From: a virus
Length of the DNA: 64,000 bases
Reading direction: 5' to 3' (one strand)
Virus record (IMG/VR): IMGVR_UViG_3300017613_000484
The translations under genes were made by a program, and so were the position numbers. Positions 62,762 to 64,000 of this stretch are shown here, piece by piece (positions within the stretch are counted from its first letter, which is position 1; every line of letters begins with the position of its first letter). The notes beneath the pieces were generated by a model. The model saw only the letters and a program-made list of their open reading frames with translations, had not been told where the DNA came from and searched no databases.

Positions 62762-64000
62762 TTCGAGAGTTGAAAAATGTCAGTGGTTCGGAGGTCACTA
62801 TAAATGACCTTGGGATCAAGCTGGCAAACAATCAAGAGAAAGAGATTGAACAAGATCAGTTGGGATCATATTTGGCAAGCACCGATTTGGAAACACTCAT
62901 TGATGATGGTGACATTCAGGTTGGTGATGGAACAACCTTCTACACCAACGCCAATGAAGGCCAGTGTTATTTTCGGACAATGTTTGGTGATGAGTTCTAT
63001 CTCATTGATGGAAGTTCCCTTGACCAGTTTGCTCCTGTGATTGTCACCGATTCATTGACAAGCAAAAAAGCAAGTAGCATGGCAATGAACATGCTCACCA
63101 TCATGCGGGAATTATACAATGATCCAGGTGATCCACTTTATGATTCAGGCTTCACTCCCATTCTTGGATCAACTGGTTGGGGTGAGGCTCAAGCTGACAG
63201 GATTTTGAATCTGGAAACAATTCACGGTGATCTTGGCTGGCACACTCAAATGATTGTTCAGGCAACCTACAAGAAGCCTAGTGACATTCTCTTCTATTAT
63301 GGTTGGATGAACTCTTTCAATTCGGCTGTGAACAGTTGGAACAATGAATTGGTTGCTCATGACATGGCAAAATTCCAGCTTGTTGTTTTGGGTGATGGCA
63401 TTCAGGAATCAAGTCATGGTGATTATGCCAACACACAGATCATCATTCCAAGAATCCAAGCCCTGAACCCCAACACAAAAATTTTCGGATATGTCACAGT
63501 GAATCAAAGTCTTGCAAACTTTGAAGACAAGTGTGATGAATGGGAAACTCTTGGTGTTGATGGAATCTTCTTGGATGAGGCTGGCTATGATTACGGAACA
63601 ACCACAACAAATGGAAGGGCGGCATTCAATACAAAGGTTGATTATGTTCATGCCTTGACGAATGCCAACCTCTGCTTTGCTAATTGCTGGAACATGGATC
63701 ACATCATTGGAACGGAGAATGATGTTTCCTATCCAAACACCACCTGGAACCCAAGCCTTGTGGCTTCCAACCTCACATTCAATGATTGGTATTTGCTTGA
63801 AAGCCTTGCTGTGAACACCACAGCCTATTCTTCTGCTGGTGGATATGCAACCAAAGGGGAATGGGCGGCAAGGGGTTTGAAGGCCACAGGCCACAGAGGA
63901 ACCTATGGAATCAATGTTGCTTCCGTTGGGATCATTGCCAACACTGATTCCGATGCCCAAGACCTTTTTGATTTCTGTTTTGCTTCTGCCTGCATGTGGT
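62758..64000 (+). CDS. Partial ORF (runs off the window): tail-associated TIM-barrel-like glycan hydrolase candidate
   Basis: Not in the ORF track because there is no stop in the window. Hand translation MIRELKNVSGSEVTINDLG...FYYGWMNSF...WETLGVDGIFLDEAGYDYG... The GVDGIFLDE word is recalled from GH114 / spherulin-4-type families. Confidence 0.6.
   Translation, partial: MIRELKNVSGSEVTINDLGIKLANNQEKEIEQDQLGSYLASTDLETLIDDGDIQVGDGTTFYTNANEGQCYFRTMFGDEFYLIDGSSLDQFAPVIVTDSLTSKKASSMAMNMLTIMRELYNDPGDPLYDSGFTPILGSTGWGEAQADRILNLETIHGDLGWHTQMIVQATYKKPSDILFYYGWMNSFNSAVNSWNNELVAHDMAKFQLVVLGDGIQESSHGDYANTQIIIPRIQALNPNTKIFGYVTVNQSLANFEDKCDEWETLGVDGIFLDEAGYDYGTTTTNGRAAFNTKVDYVHALTNANLCFANCWNMDHIIGTENDVSYPNTTWNPSLVASNLTFNDWYLLESLAVNTTAYSSAGGYATKGEWAARGLKATGHRGTYGINVASVGIIANTDSDAQDLFDFCFASACMW

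Noticed and set aside
1-64000. Window as a closed circle: nt 64000 plus nt 1-2 would read TAG, in frame with the last ORF, and tail-type genes occur at both ends.
   Set aside because: This is suggestive of circular permutation, but it may be coincidence. The window may be cut from a longer sequence, so no junction evidence is available.

Overview
The window reads as most of a tailed dsDNA bacteriophage genome. Genes are tightly packed, AGGAG-type ribosome-binding sites are strong, and ATGA start/stop overlaps are frequent. Two divergent arms meet in a ~1.3-kb non-coding control region at 42.6-43.9 kb.

The leftward arm (minus strand, 42.6 kb down to 4.9 kb) carries many small early ORFs and an AAA+ ATPase module. 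It also carries an SF2 helicase, a DnaG-type primase, an initiator-like winged-helix protein, a DnaB-type helicase and a ParB-like protein. Further on are a family-A DNA polymerase with an N-terminal family-4 UDG domain, an SSB candidate, a RecA-like recombinase, a FEN/5'-3' exonuclease, a RuvC-like resolvase and MazG. The arm ends with an SbcCD (Mre11/Rad50-type) nuclease whose ATPase subunit is split around the nuclease gene.

The rightward arm (plus strand, 43.9 kb to the window end, with matching tail-type genes at 1-4.8 kb) carries a ParB-like nuclease, small and large terminase, and a thymidylate-synthase-like / dNTP-pyrophosphatase islet. Portal, Mu-F-like head protein, scaffold and major capsid follow. 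After these come tail fibre, two paralogous 7-bladed propeller proteins, a depolymerase-like partial ORF, a SPRY-domain tail protein, a TM/lipoprotein pair and an AdoMet decarboxylase.

I saw no rRNA, tRNA, CRISPR array, integrase, transposase or recognisable endolysin.

The most unusual signals are:
- a 775-bp non-coding, extremely strand-asymmetric degenerate-repeat island at 7168-7941 (8 co-oriented copies of TCCTTGCC, i.e. GGCAAGGA on the gene-sense strand);
- a 28-29-bp perfect palindrome present four times in intergenic DNA;
- a conserved interrupted hairpin present three times between small early genes, with compensatory changes;
- the Rad50-type ATPase split at its zinc hook with the nuclease gene nested between the halves;
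- a gene set (UDG-PolA fusion, ThyA-like enzyme, two dNTP pyrophosphatases, AdoMetDC) suggestive of non-canonical DNA bases.

All family assignments come from motif recognition by eye. None was checked against a database.
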